Assembly: GCA_951406725.2 (NCBI GenBank)
Contig: OX597814.1
Coordinates: forward strand, 110,608,001-110,672,000
Reading direction: 5' to 3'
Length of the DNA stretch: 64,000 bases
From: Octopus vulgaris
Lineage: Eukaryota
A program made the translations under genes and the position numbers. Under the pieces are notes generated by a model. It was not told the DNA's origin. It ran no database searches and saw only the letters and a program-made list of their open reading frames with translations. Shown piece by piece: positions 12,431 to 26,260 of this stretch (positions within the stretch are counted from its first letter, which is position 1; every line of letters starts with the position of its first letter).

Positions 12431-13608
12431 TGGTCATGGTCAGTCAGAAAGTTCTTGTTGCTGGTCAGAAAGTTACCTGTTATGCTCTTAGCAATATAAG
12501 CAACTCCACAGACCAGCTGGTTGGAGGCACATAACCTCTTTATTAATGGAGGCAGGAATATAGACTTGGCCAGCCAGGTTTGTGAAAAAAACTCTGAAAT
12601 GAAATTCTTCAAAGTGGACTTATGAACAACTGACCTGATTGGCCCATTACAAACCTGTAACTAACTGTAACTATTGTTCACTGGTTGTTATATAAGATAA
12701 ATAAAAACGTTTGCTTCACAACCATAATGCCCCAGGTTCAATCCCTTTCTGTGACTTTTTGGGCAAATAAAGAAAGAGATAATATATCTAAGTTAATAAT
12801 GTTTAAGGTGGTGAAATGGAAGAATCATTAGAGCATTGGATGGAATGTTTTGAAGTATTTATTCTGTTTGAGTTCTGGGTTCAAATTTCACTGAGGTCAT
12901 CTTTACGGTCCATACTTTCAGAGTTGATAAAACCGTACTTATCTTGAGTGGTGGATTGGCAGAATTGTTTGAGGGTTGGTCAAGATGCTCTGCAGTATCT
13001 ATAGGACTCTTTCTTTTATGATGGCAGTGCTTGTAATGGCATTTGGGGAACTAGTGCCTAGCAGTATTGGCTCTGACACAACCACTTTTCATTTTGATAA
13101 ATATTGGTAGAATGGAGAGGAGACAACTGACATGCTCGGACACCTGCAAGTCTTCTTCAAAAAATGCTGTTGCCAGTGCTGCTGGACTGACTCCTGTGCA
13201 GGTGGCATGTAAAAAACACCATTTCGAGCGTGGCCATTGCCAGTACCGCTAGACTGGCCCTCGTGCCGGTGGCACATAAAAGCACCCACTACACTCTCAG
13301 AGTAGTTGGCGTTAGGAAGGGCATCCAGCTGTAGAAACTCTGCCAGATCAGATTGGAGCTTGGCGCAACCATCTGGTTCGCCAGTCCTCAGTCAAATCGT
13401 CCAACCCATGCTAGCATGGAAAGCGGACGTTAAAGGTTGAGGATGATGATTGCACATAGATGTACAGATGCATGGTCAGCCTTGTCCAACAGAGGGAGCC
13501 ACCTCCTATATATTTATTTGCTTCATTGTTAATGTTCATAAACCATTGTTTATCATCAAATGTTGTTTACCATTTATTATTTATTTATTTTTGTCTGTCA
13601 TCTTCCAG

Positions 13609-13783
13609 GTCTTAGTTACAACAAAGTTCTCCTTCCAATATTGTGGAAATTTCTTTGTGACTTAGGCCCAAGCTGTGGCCTTAAAGTGTTTCTAGAATTG
13701 TTCCCTCAGAGCCCCAACACCACCTTACATCCTGTGTTTAGCCTTCTTTCCTTGTTTTCTGAGTCAGCTGGACACTTGATCAC
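13609..13783 (+). CDS. UBE3B: UBE3B exon: GLSYNKVLLPILWKFLCDLGPSCGLKVFLE..HLIT
   Basis: tcttccag|..|gtaagt; similar to human [30 protein letters not shown]. Confidence 0.95.
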
Positions 13784-14301
13784 GTAAGTATCTCACATAC
13801 ACAAGGTTTAATTTGTTTTACATCATCCATTTAATTTATTTACCAGAGAATTATAAAAACTTGTCTTTCTTTGCCCTCTACATTGTAACCCCACTAATTT
13901 CTTCAACTATATTGCCATCCTTAATGCTATTGCATATATCCATCAAATAGTCAAACTTAATAATTTACATTATAAGCACAGGTGATTGTGTCGCGTAAAA
14001 AGCACCGGCACTGGTGGTGCCACGTAAAAAGCACTGATGATGGTGCCATGTAAAAAGCACTGGTGATAGTACTACATAAAATGCACCCAGTACACCCTGT
14101 AAAGTGGCTGGTGTTAAAAAGGGCATCAAGCTGCAGAAACCATGCCAAAACAGACAATGGAACCCGGTGCAGTTCCTGGCCTTTCCAGCTCCTGTCAAAC
14201 TGCCCGATCCATGCCAGAATAGAAAATGGGCCATGATGATGACGATATTAGGTGTTGATGTTATATATGTTGTAAATTGATTCTAATGGTTTATTGTGTC
14301 A

Positions 14302-14335
<34 letters not shown>

Positions 14336-14388
14336 CATTATCATCATCATCATTTCTTCTAATTTCTTTCTTTTTCCCTATTGTCCAG

Positions 14389-14507
14389 CACCCTTGATGA
14401 CATTGAGATGTATGAACAACAGCGCATGTTTTCCATTGATGACTATATCAAAATGAGTGACTTCCTCAATCATTTCGTCTTCAAAGTCATTTGGAATTCG
14501 TTAATAG
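14389..14507 (+). CDS. UBE3B: UBE3B exon: TLDDIEMYEQQRMFSIDDYIKMSDFLNHFVFKVIWNSLI
   Basis: tgtccag|..|gtacag; similar to human ILDDIEVYEEQ..FLNSFVFKMIW. Confidence 0.95.
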
Positions 14508-14688
14508 GTACAGTACCAACGTTTGCATTATTAACACCTAATAATTTTTTCTTCTGTTTTTCCTTCAATTTATAATTAATTGATGCTTTGCGATGGCTGC
14601 AATTTGTTCATACTACTACCACCACTACCACCACTACTACTACTACTAATGCTGCTTTTTTTTTCTTCCCACTTTTTCCTAATCACAG

Positions 14689-14803
14689 ACTTTCAAGTGA
14701 CCGGCTCTTGTAATGTCTTTAGCGCTGCTCGTAGCCTGCTAATGATTCTTTATGAAAGAGATAGTCGTCGGTCATTCACTCCCAAGGACCATTGGCTAAT
14801 TCG
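14689..14803 (+). CDS. UBE3B: UBE3B exon: DFQVTGS..LLMILYERDSRRSFTPKDHWLI
   Basis: aatcacag|..|gtaagt; similar to human [20 protein letters not shown]. Confidence 0.95.
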
Positions 14804-15645
14804 GTAAGTTTAATATTTAAATGTTCTTATCTCACATTAAGTGGAGGCATGTGGCTTAGTGGTTAGGGTGTCAGCATCATGATCGTAAGATTGTGGTTTT
14901 GATTCTTGGACCGGGCGACGCATTGTGTTCTTGAGCAAAACACTTCATTTCATGTTGCTCCAATCCACTCAGCTGGCAAAAATGAGTAACGCTGCAATGG
15001 ACTGGCGTCCCGTCCAGCTGGGGAACACATACGCCATGGAAACCGGAAAACAGGGCCCATGAACCTGGCTAGGCTTTACAAAGGGCGCATTTATTTTTAT
15101 TTATCTCACATTACTTGGTTTCATTGGTTTCACTTATTGACTGACAGATCGGACACTAAATTACTATAATTCACAAAATCCTTTCTACTGTAGGCACAAG
15201 GCTTCTTCTGGCGCTGGTGTCACATGAAAAGCCCCCATGTTGGTTCCTACCACATAAAAAGGAGTGGCAGTGGTGCTGGTGCCATGTAAAAAGCACCCAG
15301 TACACACTGTAAAATGGTTGGCATTAGGAAGGGCATCCAGCTGTAGAAATCATGTCAAACAGATAAATGTAGCTTGGTGCAGCCCTCCAGCTTGCCAACT
15401 CCTATCAAACTGTCCAACCCATGCCAGCATTGAAAACGCATGTTAAATGATGATGACGAGGATGGGGCTAGTGAAATACCTCAAACCCAGTGCTTAACTG
15501 GTACTATTTTTTTTTAACCCAAAAGGTGAAAGGCTAAGTCCACCTGTGTGGAATTTGAACTCAGGACATAATGAGTAGGGAGAAATACCACAAAGCATTT
15601 TGTTCTGCACAGTAATGTTTCTGCCAGCTCAGCAACCTGATAACG

Positions 15646-15682
<37 letters not shown>

Positions 15683-17346
15683 TAACAACAACAATAGTAA
15701 TAATGATCCTTTCTACTGTAGGCACAAGGTTGGAAATCTTTCTCAAGTAGTACTTATTTGATTGACCCTGAAAGGATGAAAGGCAGAATTTGAGCTCAGA
15801 ATGTACTGAGTCAGAAGAAATACCACAAAGCATTTTCCCAAAGCTCTAACAATTCTGCTAGCTTGCCGCCTTTCCACAATCCACATAATACAGTCTACAA
15901 ATGCACGAGTTGTTTGTTTATCGTTCAATGAGAGGACAGCAGTAACTTTCACAAATGCACATGCCCTAACCACTATTTAGCACAATATTAACCAAGACAA
16001 CACTAAAACTGTTCATTCTTGTGATGGCAGTCAACCTTCTAGTCGACTGCCATCACAGGAGGAAAAAACCAAGGAAGCTGTATTTCCTTAGTTTTAACTA
16101 TTTGCTAATACTGTCGGTTGGTCACAACTCCTGAAAGAAGTGTCACAGAATTTTGGTGATAGGAGGGTGGGGTGGGGGTGAGGAGTGGTTTGAACATAGT
16201 GTATAGAGTCTGAGAAGATGCCACAAGGAATCTTTTTGGACATTCTTATATTTCCTCAATCCACTGCTCTGGATTTTATTTTTTTATCAGCTCTGAAAGA
16301 ATGAAAAGCAAAGTTGAGTGGAGGGGTATTTGAACTCAGAGCACGGAGAGTCCGAACAAATACTGTGAGACATTCTGTCCAGCACTCTAACCAGTCTGCC
16401 AATTTGTCACCTCTGCAAATTCCCATGAGGATTACATTTGGAGTGAAGTTTATTATTGGGGTTCATGTTTTTCTTTTTGTCTTGCAACATGCTTCGGTGA
16501 TCCTGTCAATGATGGTGCCAGGTTAAAAACACCAATGCTGCTGCCATGTAAGGAGCACCGGTGCTGGTGTCACATAAAGAGCCCCCAATACAGTCTATGA
16601 AGTGGTTGGTGTTAGGGAGGTTATTTAGCTATAGAAACCTTGCCAAAATAGACAATGCTGCCTGGTATGGCTCCCAGACTTGCCAGCTCCTGTCAAACCA
16701 TCCAACCCATGCCAGCAAGGAAAATGGACATTAAATGATGATGAGTTCTTAGTTTGGAAAGGCATAGGCACAGACAGGTGGTTAAGAGGCTTGCTTCCAA
16801 ACTACGTGGTTTTGAGTTCAGTCCCATTGCATGACACTTTGGGCAAATGTCTTCTACTTATTATGCCTAGTTGGAAAAATTCTTTGTGAATGGGTTTTAT
16901 AGACAGAAGCTGAAAGAAGTCCATCGTGTGTGTGTGTGTGTGTGTGTTTACATTTGCACTTTTCTTTAAAAAAGTTGCTCAGCTACAAACGATAATGTTG
17001 TCATTTTCCTTGTCAACAAATCTTTTGCTGTCTTTGCACATTTAAAGATGTGTAAAATAAGGAAAATTCATTACATGAATAACAAATGAGGGTTAGCTTC
17101 AGCGGGAGCATTCAGCTGTAGTATGCTGCCTTGAGAAGTCATGCCCAGCCTTTATCAACATGGAATAATAACTGATGTAAAAACAAGGTGGCTTGGTTAG
17201 AAAGAGTTATGTTTAACATAGAAAATGAGAACAATATTAGAGAGAGGGGCATTCAGTTTTTGAAGAATGTGGGTTAGATGTGATGACAACATGAAGACAG
17301 TCATGTTACTTATGATGCTGATGATGTTCTTTTTTCATTTTTGTAG

Positions 17347-17446
17347 AGATGTGAAACCATCGACTATAATTTCTGAACTGGAAGCTGGCAGAAAAAATGC
17401 TCAATTTATTATGCAAAAGATTCCACACATTATACCATTTAGTGAG
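17347..17446 (+). CDS. UBE3B: UBE3B exon: DVKPSTIISELEAGRKNAQFIMQKIPHIIPFSE
   Basis: tttgtag|..|gtaact; similar to human DLKPS..AQLILQYIPHVIP. Confidence 0.95.
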
Positions 17447-18312
17447 GTAACTATTTTATTGTTTGTCCTCGTTGTACTATTTAGCGTGGTCATAAATATC
17501 AAATGGAAATTGTAGTTGTGATACCTGTGCCGGTGGCACGTAAAAAGCACCGACTGATCGTGGCCGCTGCCAGCCTCCCCTGGTACCTGTGCCAGTGGCA
17601 CATAAAAAGCACCCACTACACTCATGGAGTGGTTGGCGTTAGGAAGGGCATCCAGCTGTAGAAACACTGCCAGACCAGACTGGAGCCTGGTGCAGCCTCC
17701 TGGCTTCCCAGACCCCGGTCGAACCGTTCAACCCATGCTAGCACGGAAAACGAACATTAAACGATGATGAGGATGATGATGATGATGATTGTTATATTGA
17801 CTTCATGGTTCAGAATCCTTCTGAATGTGAAAAATCAAAAATAAAGCCTGTTAATGTTATGTTACTAAAGTAAATATTTCTCATACTTTTAATTAATTAG
17901 AGATTCACTTAAGCAGTGTTGAATGAAATTTAAATGTGGACAGTTGTCCATTGGTGGTGTGAGGTCATACAAAGACCCCCTCCACTACATATATAAACAA
18001 CAGGCTTCTCTCTGTTTCCATCTACAAAATCCATTCACAAGGCTTTGGTTGGTCTGATGCTATAGTAGAAGACACTTGCCCAAGGCAGCACACAGTAGGA
18101 CTGATCCCAGAACCATGTAGTTGGAAAGCAAACCTCTTACCACACACCCATACCTGGACTTATGGCAATCTTGACTTGCTTTTCTTTCTTCGTTCTTATT
18201 TTCTTCTCATTGCTTTGTTATTTGTCTTCTTGTTTTTCTTCCCCTTCCTTTTCTTTTCCTCACATCTTTTATTTTTGAAGAAATCATCATCAAATTTATT
18301 CTCTTGTTGCAG

Positions 18313-18432
18313 CGAGTAGTTTTGTTCCGAAAATATGTTATGAAGGAGAAAGATTTCCTTGGACTTACCGAATCTGTGTGTACATCTCCACAGTCGACAC
18401 TAATAACAATCCACCGGTCTCGTATAGTCGAA
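18313..18432 (+). CDS. UBE3B: UBE3B exon: RVVLFRKYVMKEKDFLGLTE..ITIHRSRIVE
   Basis: gttgcag|..|gtgagt; similar to human RVLLFRTMVTKEKEKLGL..ITIRRSRMLE. Confidence 0.95.
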
Positions 18433-19031
18433 GTGAGTCTAATTTTATATAATTCCACTGCCTCAAATTTCTGGATTTCTTTAACTTTTAATTTATTTTT
18501 ATTTATTTTTGTTTTCCCATGTAAACCTTTGTTACTGTAGAAGAAATGAATATTATAATATTCACCTCAGGTTATATCATGCTGATGATTTCAAATAAGG
18601 ATGAAATGGTACTATACGTTACCATCTATGGTTAGAAATTTAAAGATTTTTGTAATGAGTAAAAAGAAAAAAAAAAAAAATATACACACACACTAATGCA
18701 GGAACAATATTTGCTTTGGAGAGCAAACCCAGGCCCTACCCAGGTTGTTCAATGCATTTTCATCACCCCCAACCTTCCACAATTTTTGGGAGTGCACTTG
18801 TTCCCCTAGCACCCTGTTCCTAAGCCTGATTTAATATGTATATTCTGTACATCTCCTTCATTCTAACTTCTAATCAGGTCACGATTGATTTAGAGGTGAT
18901 TGTCTCCTTCACAGTAACTGGTTGTCAAGGGAGACCATGTATTTGAATATTACAATATCTATATCATTATTTGCATTATCTCATCATATTACTGATTCTT
19001 TATCTTTTGCATTACTTTTCCTGTTTAATAG

Positions 19032-19109
19032 GATGGCTACAGACAGTTAGCACAATTACCTGCTCGCAACCTCAAAGGTGTTATCAGAGTAAAATTTGTA
19101 AATGAACAG
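19032..19109 (+). CDS. UBE3B: UBE3B exon, start of HECT domain: DGYRQLAQLPARNLKGVIRVKFVNEQ
   Basis: ttaatag|..|gtgagg; similar to human DGYEQL..KGVIRVKFVNDL. Confidence 0.95.
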
Positions 19110-19265
19110 GTGAGGTGTTGATATGTTTTTGTCTTTTTACCCCTTAAATTATTTCTCTCTCTTCCTACTTCCTTCCTCCATCTCTCTCCCTCTCTGTCTC
19201 TCTTTCTCTCTATCTGCCTCTCTCTCTCTTTCTCTTTGCCTCTCAAGTTGTTGTAGTGGGGGTGC

Positions 19266-19296
<31 letters not shown>

Positions 19297-19747
19297 TGCA
19301 GCCACTGAGAGACAATAGCATAACTTTATGAATCCCTTGTGGTGGGTACTTTAGAACCTCAAAAAGGCTACAAGGAGCTACCCTTCTTCTGAATAGCCAT
19401 GTAGTGTATTTTGGCACCGTGGGCAAGTATCTTTTACTTTAGCCCTAGGTCAACCAAAACCATATGAGTGGATTTGGTTAACAGAAACTGAAAGAAATCT
19501 GTTGTGTGTGTGTGTGTCTCCTTGTCTTGACATCATGTGATAGTTGTAAATGAATGTCATTCACTTCCAATATTCTGGCCATAGGGAAATATTATCTTGC
19601 TTGGAAACAGGTGAGGGCTTGCAACTGGAAGGGCATCCAGTTATAGAAATCATGCCAAAACAGGCAGTGGAATTTCTTGTGGCTCCTGGCTTTACTAGAT
19701 ACTGTCCAACCTATGTCAGCATGGAAAATAGATGCTAAATAATGACA

Positions 19748-19798
<51 letters not shown>

Positions 19799-20495
19799 TC
19801 ATCATCATCGTTTAACATCTGCCTTCCATGCTGGCATGGGTGGGACGGTTTGACAAGAGCTGATCAAGCAGAAATTTGCATCTGATTTCTGTAACTGTTG
19901 GCAGGATTTTTACAGCTGAATGCCCTTCCAAATGCCAACCACTTTACAGTGTGGGCTGGGTGCTTTTAAGTGGCACCTGCACTGACAAGGTCATGAACTA
20001 CTTGCAAGACCAAAAAAAAATATATATGTATTATATAAATGAAAGAAACATGACATCCCACCCACACAATAAACCTATACCTGCTGGGATACACAGTGTG
20101 GTCAACTTCATTAGGCAGAGGTATTTGTGTATGTGAAACAGTTGACCTGAGGGCTACACCCTGTTCCACCAACTACTACTGTGTTGCAAATTAGCCCTGT
20201 CAGAGCTGATCTGTAGCCACATACCAAAAACGACAACAAGAATCAGAAATTCAAAAATAGCATTAAATTCCATTGGCTTCGTCAGTGTAGGAGGTTTTTC
20301 AAAAGACAAGACCACTGGTCTTTTATCTTGGGACTATTTAATAATTTCAAAGAATTTATATTTTTAGGTTTCAGATAATAAGAGATTTAGTTAGTTAACA
20401 AGACATCATTTATGTATCTATAAAACAAAGATATTTACAATTTAAGCAACTGGTTCTATTATGTTTTAATATTTTTGTTTGTTTCATTTTGTTAG

Positions 20496-20594
20496 GGTTT
20501 AGATGAGGCAGGAATTGATCAAGATGGTGTATTTAAAGAATTTTTAGAGGAAACTATTTCAAGGGTATTTGATCCATCTTTAAGTCTATTCAAG
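20496..20594 (+). CDS. UBE3B: UBE3B HECT exon: [33 protein letters not shown]
   Basis: ttgttag|..|gtaaga; contains the UBE3B-type [16 protein letters not shown] motif. Confidence 0.97.
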
Positions 20595-21581
20595 GTAAGA
20601 AATTATTCTTCAAAATATAAGTAAACATGACAAATTCCTAATCTTAAACTGGTTTAATATGAGTTAATCCATCATGATGACTCTCTATCATTGCTTTCTT
20701 TGGTATCCTGTCAGTCATTATGGCCAGGATAAATGACTCTACTCAAGCATTTTTTTTCAACCCTTTAGCATTTAGATTACTCTGTCAGATGTGATACTTA
20801 TTTATTCAAATCATTTTGAATTGATCATGTAGCTTCAAGATTTTTATGGTGTGATTGTTTATTTTTAGAATAACATTGTCGGGTAGGTACAAGAGGCCAG
20901 ATCTGGTCAGCTTGAACATAAAACAAGGTAAAATATTTGGGCCAGATATGGCCAGTTTGAATGCTAAAGGGTTTAATATCTTTATTAGCATTTGTCGTGT
21001 TCACTCTTAACTTGACAAATGCTGAGTTTGGTTGCCAAAATACAATTTGAACATTGATTTTTTTATAAATCTTTTCAAATTAAGAATGAATAAAAAAAGT
21101 GCATCATTGTATGACTATGGAATTGTATCGTATGATGTACATACATGTATATAACGTGCGTGTGCTGCATATGTATTGTATATGTACTTGTGCATCAAAG
21201 TTAATGATGTAACTTGGAGTAAATTACGAAACAACTGTAACCATATGGAATATTAATTTTCTTTTGCCTCTCACATCTGTTTTTTGTTTTGTTTATATAT
21301 ATTTATATTACAACTCAATTTTCATTGACAGTGACAACAAAATACCTTCAAAATTTAAATACTACTTGGTCAGTATCTGGAGCTATTAATGGTTCATTTA
21401 ACCAACCAATTTGAGATGATGCTGTACCAGTTTTGTTTTACAAGGAAGATAAAAGAGAATTTCTGCAGTTGTATTTGTTCTTTGATTGTAGCAATTCCTG
21501 ATGGAAATAGTAGCTCTTTGGTTATAAATATTTTAAAGAAAAGCATTTAACGAAAGTTCATGTTTAAAATTTCCTTTGCAG

Positions 21582-21689
21582 GCAACTAGTGAACAGAAGC
21601 TGTATCCTTCATCAACATCCTATATTCAAGAAGATCACTTGGCACTTTTTGATTTTCTGGGACGGATGTTAGGAAAAGCTGTCTATGAG
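21582..21689 (+). CDS. UBE3B: UBE3B HECT exon: [36 protein letters not shown]
   Basis: ctttgcag|..|gtaaat; 108 nt; similar to human [21 protein letters not shown]. Confidence 0.96.
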
Positions 21690-22558
21690 GTAAATTTTTC
21701 TCAGAATGTATATCCTGGAGTGTTATCCATCATGACATGGGTAACTTTAAATATTATTAGATAAAGCAGCAAAAATGATATAGATATTCATTCTTCATAT
21801 GTTCCAGCAGACTCCAACATGAATTTGCTCATCATTCTTGTCTACAGAGAACAACTTATCTCTTTATTTCTCCTTTGTATAACACCTCTCTTAAATATTC
21901 CGTATTTTTCATGTCAAGACGAGACTATACATGCAAAAACACACACACACACACAATGGGCTTCTTTTCAGTTCCCCTCTACCAAATTTACTTACATTGG
22001 CCAGCTTGTTGCTATTGTAGGAAAAAAGATGCCCAAGGTGCAATACAGTGGAACTGAACCCAAGAGCGTATGGTTAGGAAGAAAGAGCTTCTTAACTACT
22101 CAGCTACAGCTTGGCCTGTGTGCATTCATGATTTTACTTTGTATCAGTTTTCCAATTAATGGGATAAGTAAATAAACTTATTAATTTCACAGTCCATCTG
22201 TTTTATATCGGCCTCTGGATTCAGTTTGATTCTTAATTGTAAGAGATGTTCTAAAATTTCTATTTTATATAATTTTAACATGGTCCAATTTAGGAGCATA
22301 AAGCTAATATTCGAGTCAAGACACATTGAGAATATAGAGTGATGCTATAATGATAGGGTAGAAATTATTAAATTTTCATCAATATAGTGTAGAAAACCAC
22401 CAAACTGAAACATCAGTAGATTGTTGATACCAGTGCCCCAGCATGGCCACGGCCTTTAGGTCTGAAACATCTAAAGGAATACAAAAAGCTATTCTGTGAA
22501 ATATTTGAAACGAAAATTTGCTTAGAAAAATTTCTGATCTGGCTTTGTTTGTTGACAG

Positions 22559-22696
22559 GGTATTGTTGTTGATGTGCCATTTGCACCGTTCTTCCTGACA
22601 CAAATTCTTGGCCATCAGCAGAGTTCAACCTACAGTTCCCTTGATGAATTACCATCTTTAGACCCAGAACTTGCCAAAAGTCTTTCATACCTCAAG
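22559..22696 (+). CDS. UBE3B: UBE3B HECT exon: [46 protein letters not shown]
   Basis: gttgacag|..|gtttgt; similar to human [26 protein letters not shown]. Confidence 0.96.
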
Positions 22697-22980
22697 GTTT
22701 GTATATACTTTACATTTATTCAGTAAACTCTGTAAATATTTCCCATCATTTTAACAAATGCATTTTGACACAATTCAATCTAACATAGATGAAGATTGTT
22801 TTAATTATAATTCTATATTTTCATGTTTCTTCACCACATCATCATTTCTGTCATGGCCACCGCCACCATCATCATCAATTAGTTTTAACTATGTGGCTTT
22901 AAAATCAGTCATTTACAAAATATAATGCCTGGTGTGAAAGCATGTTTTTGCTGTCCAGTTTCTATTTTTGATTTTAAAAA

Positions 22981-23460
22981 TCATCATCATCATCATCATT
23001 TAACGTCCGCTTTCCATGCTAGCATGGGTTGGACGGTTCAACTGGGGTCTGGGGAGCCCGAAAGCTGCACCAGTCCAGTCAGATCTGGCAGTGTTTCTAC
23101 AGCTGGATGCCCTTCCTGATGCCAACCACTCCGAGAGTGTAGTGGGTGATTTTATGTGCCACCGACACAGGTGCCAGACGAGGCTGGCAAACGGCCACGC
23201 TCGGATGGTGTTTTTTATGTGCCACCGACACAGGTGCCAGACGAGGCTGGCAGACGGCCACGCTCGGATGGTGTTTTTATGTGCCACCGACACAGGTGCC
23301 AGATGAGGCTGGCAAACGGCCACGATCGGATGGTGTTTGTTACGTGCCCACAGCACGGAGGCCAGTCGATGCGGTACTGGCTACGGCCACGTTCGGATGG
23401 TTTTCTTGTGTGCCACGTGCCACCGGCACTGGTACCACAAAGATACAAATTCCATTGATC
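22981..23460 (-). mobile_element. Octopus-type SINE with a (GAT)n tail and internal ~60-bp tandem units; representative of more than 15 copies (e.g. 13160-13450, 17495-17790, 25630-26140, 30188-30555, 46453-46900, 47310-47770, 55730-56062, 56980-57478)
   Basis: Shared ggcgttaggaagggcatccagctgtagaaa..tccaacccatgctagcatggaaa..ggacgttaaa(cg)atgatgat. Confidence 0.85.
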
Positions 23461-25261
23461 TTCAAAATATTTTAAAATAAACAAATAAAATCTGAAATTA
23501 GAATAAGTCCAAAGACTAGTAATTACTATTTATCAGATATAATATTTAAGAAAAAAATAACCCACTGCTACAGAGAAATTCACTATTTGAAACATTGATT
23601 TCATGCATTGGTACAAGGTCACAGATTTCTAATGTGAAGCCATAAGTCCTTTGAATCATCCCCAAGGGGGTGACCAGAAAAGGACTATAACTTGACTATA
23701 GCTGACATTGGTGGAATTCGAAATAAGGTCCTACTAATGTAGCCAAGTATCTCCTTCATAGTAAGAGGGCTACCTCTGTCCCTCTATCATACTCTAATCT
23801 CCACTCCATCTCTCAGTTGTGAGGTCTTTGTCTTGTGAGCCCATGGGTGCTGAAGCCATGTAAAAAGCACCTGTACTGGTTCTACGTATAAAGTACCTGT
23901 ACTGGTGCCATATGTAAAGCACTGGTACTGGTGACACATAAAAGGCCCCCAGTACACTCTGGGAAGTGGTTGGCATTAAGAAGGGCATTCAGCTGTAGAA
24001 ACCTTAACAAAGCAGACAATTGGAGTTTGGCGCAGCTCTCTGGCTTGCCTGCTTCTGTCAAACTGTCCAGTCCATAGCCATATGGAAAATGGATGTTGAA
24101 TGATGATGATGTTAAATGGATGGAAGTAGACATGGAAGATCATTTAGTTTCAACTTCTACCATTTCTGCTGATCCATTCCTTGGAAAATGGATATGACGA
24201 TCCCAGAGTATGTAATACCACTAACCAAGTCATTCAGTTATTGCTATTAAATTATCCATGTCAATTTTAATGATGTTAATATTCTTGATTAGTCTCTAAT
24301 CAGTTCTGATCATACAGACTTTTATGATTGAAGACATTACAACCATGGCCCTCTTGTCTCTTACCCAAGACAATATGCGTTCTTTTTTCTAGTGCATTTT
24401 TTTTCCTAAGATGTTATGCTCTGATTTGTTGGAAATTTAGCTGCTATTTTTATGCAGGTTGAGTGGTTACATACTTGCACCCTTGCTGCATAAAATATCT
24501 CTTGCTGTTCTTTCACAATCTCCATCAATATTGATGATATTATTTCTTTTTATCTCAGGTTTTGTTGTAACTCCTGGAGTCTTGCATGCATAGTGGGCTT
24601 GTTACCCACAACCTACGGTACAATGCTATCTGTTCTTTCCAACTATCTAATACTTTCCTGGTTATTCTGGCTGTGCCAAAGAGGAAAACCTTTTGTAACA
24701 GTTCTACTGGGCACTCTATTCTGATTTCTTTTATATAAACAGACAGCTTATTAATGGTAATCTATTTAGCATTTGCTAATTCTGCATTTCGATGCAAATT
24801 GTTTAGATTTACTAAATTCGTTGTTTTAATTCCCCAGCGTTTCAGGTTATGATTAGGTAAGACCATTTTATTTCTCAAGCAAAATTTAGACATTTTGTGA
24901 ACCAGCCATTGGGACATAAATTTGACGACATCTGTCCCAAAGCGTAAAATTCGCCATTTTATGCATATGCACAAAAATGACAATATGGGTTCACTACCAG
25001 ACTCTGCTCATGTTTTTGTCAAATTGATCTATTAATATAGATTTTAAATTTTAGAAAAATGTCGAAATTGATGAAAAATGTTTCATGGCTGTAAACAGAC
25101 ATCTTATTAAGTGTACTTTTTTACCAGGTACCTCAGCTAGTATTTCAAATAAGTGTCATCATCCATTTCCCCATCACATCCACCACCTTTTAGAACTTTT
25201 ACGAAAGTCAGTAAAAGTGAATCTATCTATCATCTGTTCTAATGATGTGCTTCTCTTTCAG

Positions 25262-25386
25262 CATTATGAGGGTGATGTCAGTGAATTAGATCTAACATTT
25301 TCCTGTGATGAAGATTGCATGGGTCGGCTTGAGACACACGAACTTGTACCTGGAGGAAAAGTTATTGGAGTTACAGATGAAAACAA
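25262..25386 (+). CDS. UBE3B: UBE3B HECT exon: [41 protein letters not shown]
   Basis: ctctttcag|..|gtaatt; similar to human [28 protein letters not shown]. Confidence 0.96.
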
Positions 25387-26260
25387 GTAATTGCTCTTTC
25401 ACTATTATTTATTCATCTCTTGAATATTATTTGAATTGTAGACTGGAACTATGTCAGACATCATACTGAACATCATCTGCCTCAGGTGTTCATGTTAACC
25501 CCTTCCTCACCATATTCCTCTTGAAATACACTGCCTTTGTTTAAATTAATTTTGTGAATAACAAAGAATTTAACAAAAACAATTTTGTCAATATTAAGCT
25601 GGTGATTGGAACATAAATTAACATGCCAGTGTTGCATGACCGGACCATTTAAGAGTACCCCTGATGTGTTGGGTAATATGATATGCTTGAGAAGACCTGT
25701 TCAGTCAAGTAAAACCAAAATCGTAGCTGTGGCCAGTGCCCCCTGACGGGCTCCTATTCCAGTGGCATGTAAAATGCATCATCCGAACGTGATTGATGCA
25801 AGGACTGCCTGACTGGCTCCTGTGCCGGTGACATGTAAAAAGCACCATTCAAATGTGGTAGATGCCAGGTCCACCTAACTGGCTCCTGTGCCGGTGGCAA
25901 GTAAAAAGCACTATCCGAACGTGATCAATGCCAGGACTGCCTGACTGGCCTCCATGCCAGTGACATGTAAAAAGTACCCACAACACTCTCAGAGTGGTTG
26001 GCGTTAGGAAGGGCATCCAGCTGTAGAAACACTGCCAGATCAGATTGGAGCCTGGTGCAGCCGCTGGCTCTCCAGACTTCAGTCAAACCATCCAACCCAT
26101 GCCAGCATGGAAAACGGACGTTAAATGATGATGATGATGATCACTTTAAAACATTGTTTGTACCAGATGTTTTACTCTGTTTTACTTTTCATTAATATGC
26201 TAATTATTTTTTATTAACATTTAATTAAGTTCTTACTTCATGCATTTGATTATTTTCCAG

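Noticed and set aside
19268-19300. (CAG)n tract suggesting polyQ, polyS or polyC
   Set aside because: Lies in a UBE3B intron beside a (CT)n tract, with no splice support.
23000-23484. Overlapping ORFs with repeated CHRHRCQ / CRISPR-like periodicity
   Set aside because: Tandem units inside a SINE, with no unique spacers and no cas genes; eukaryotic context.
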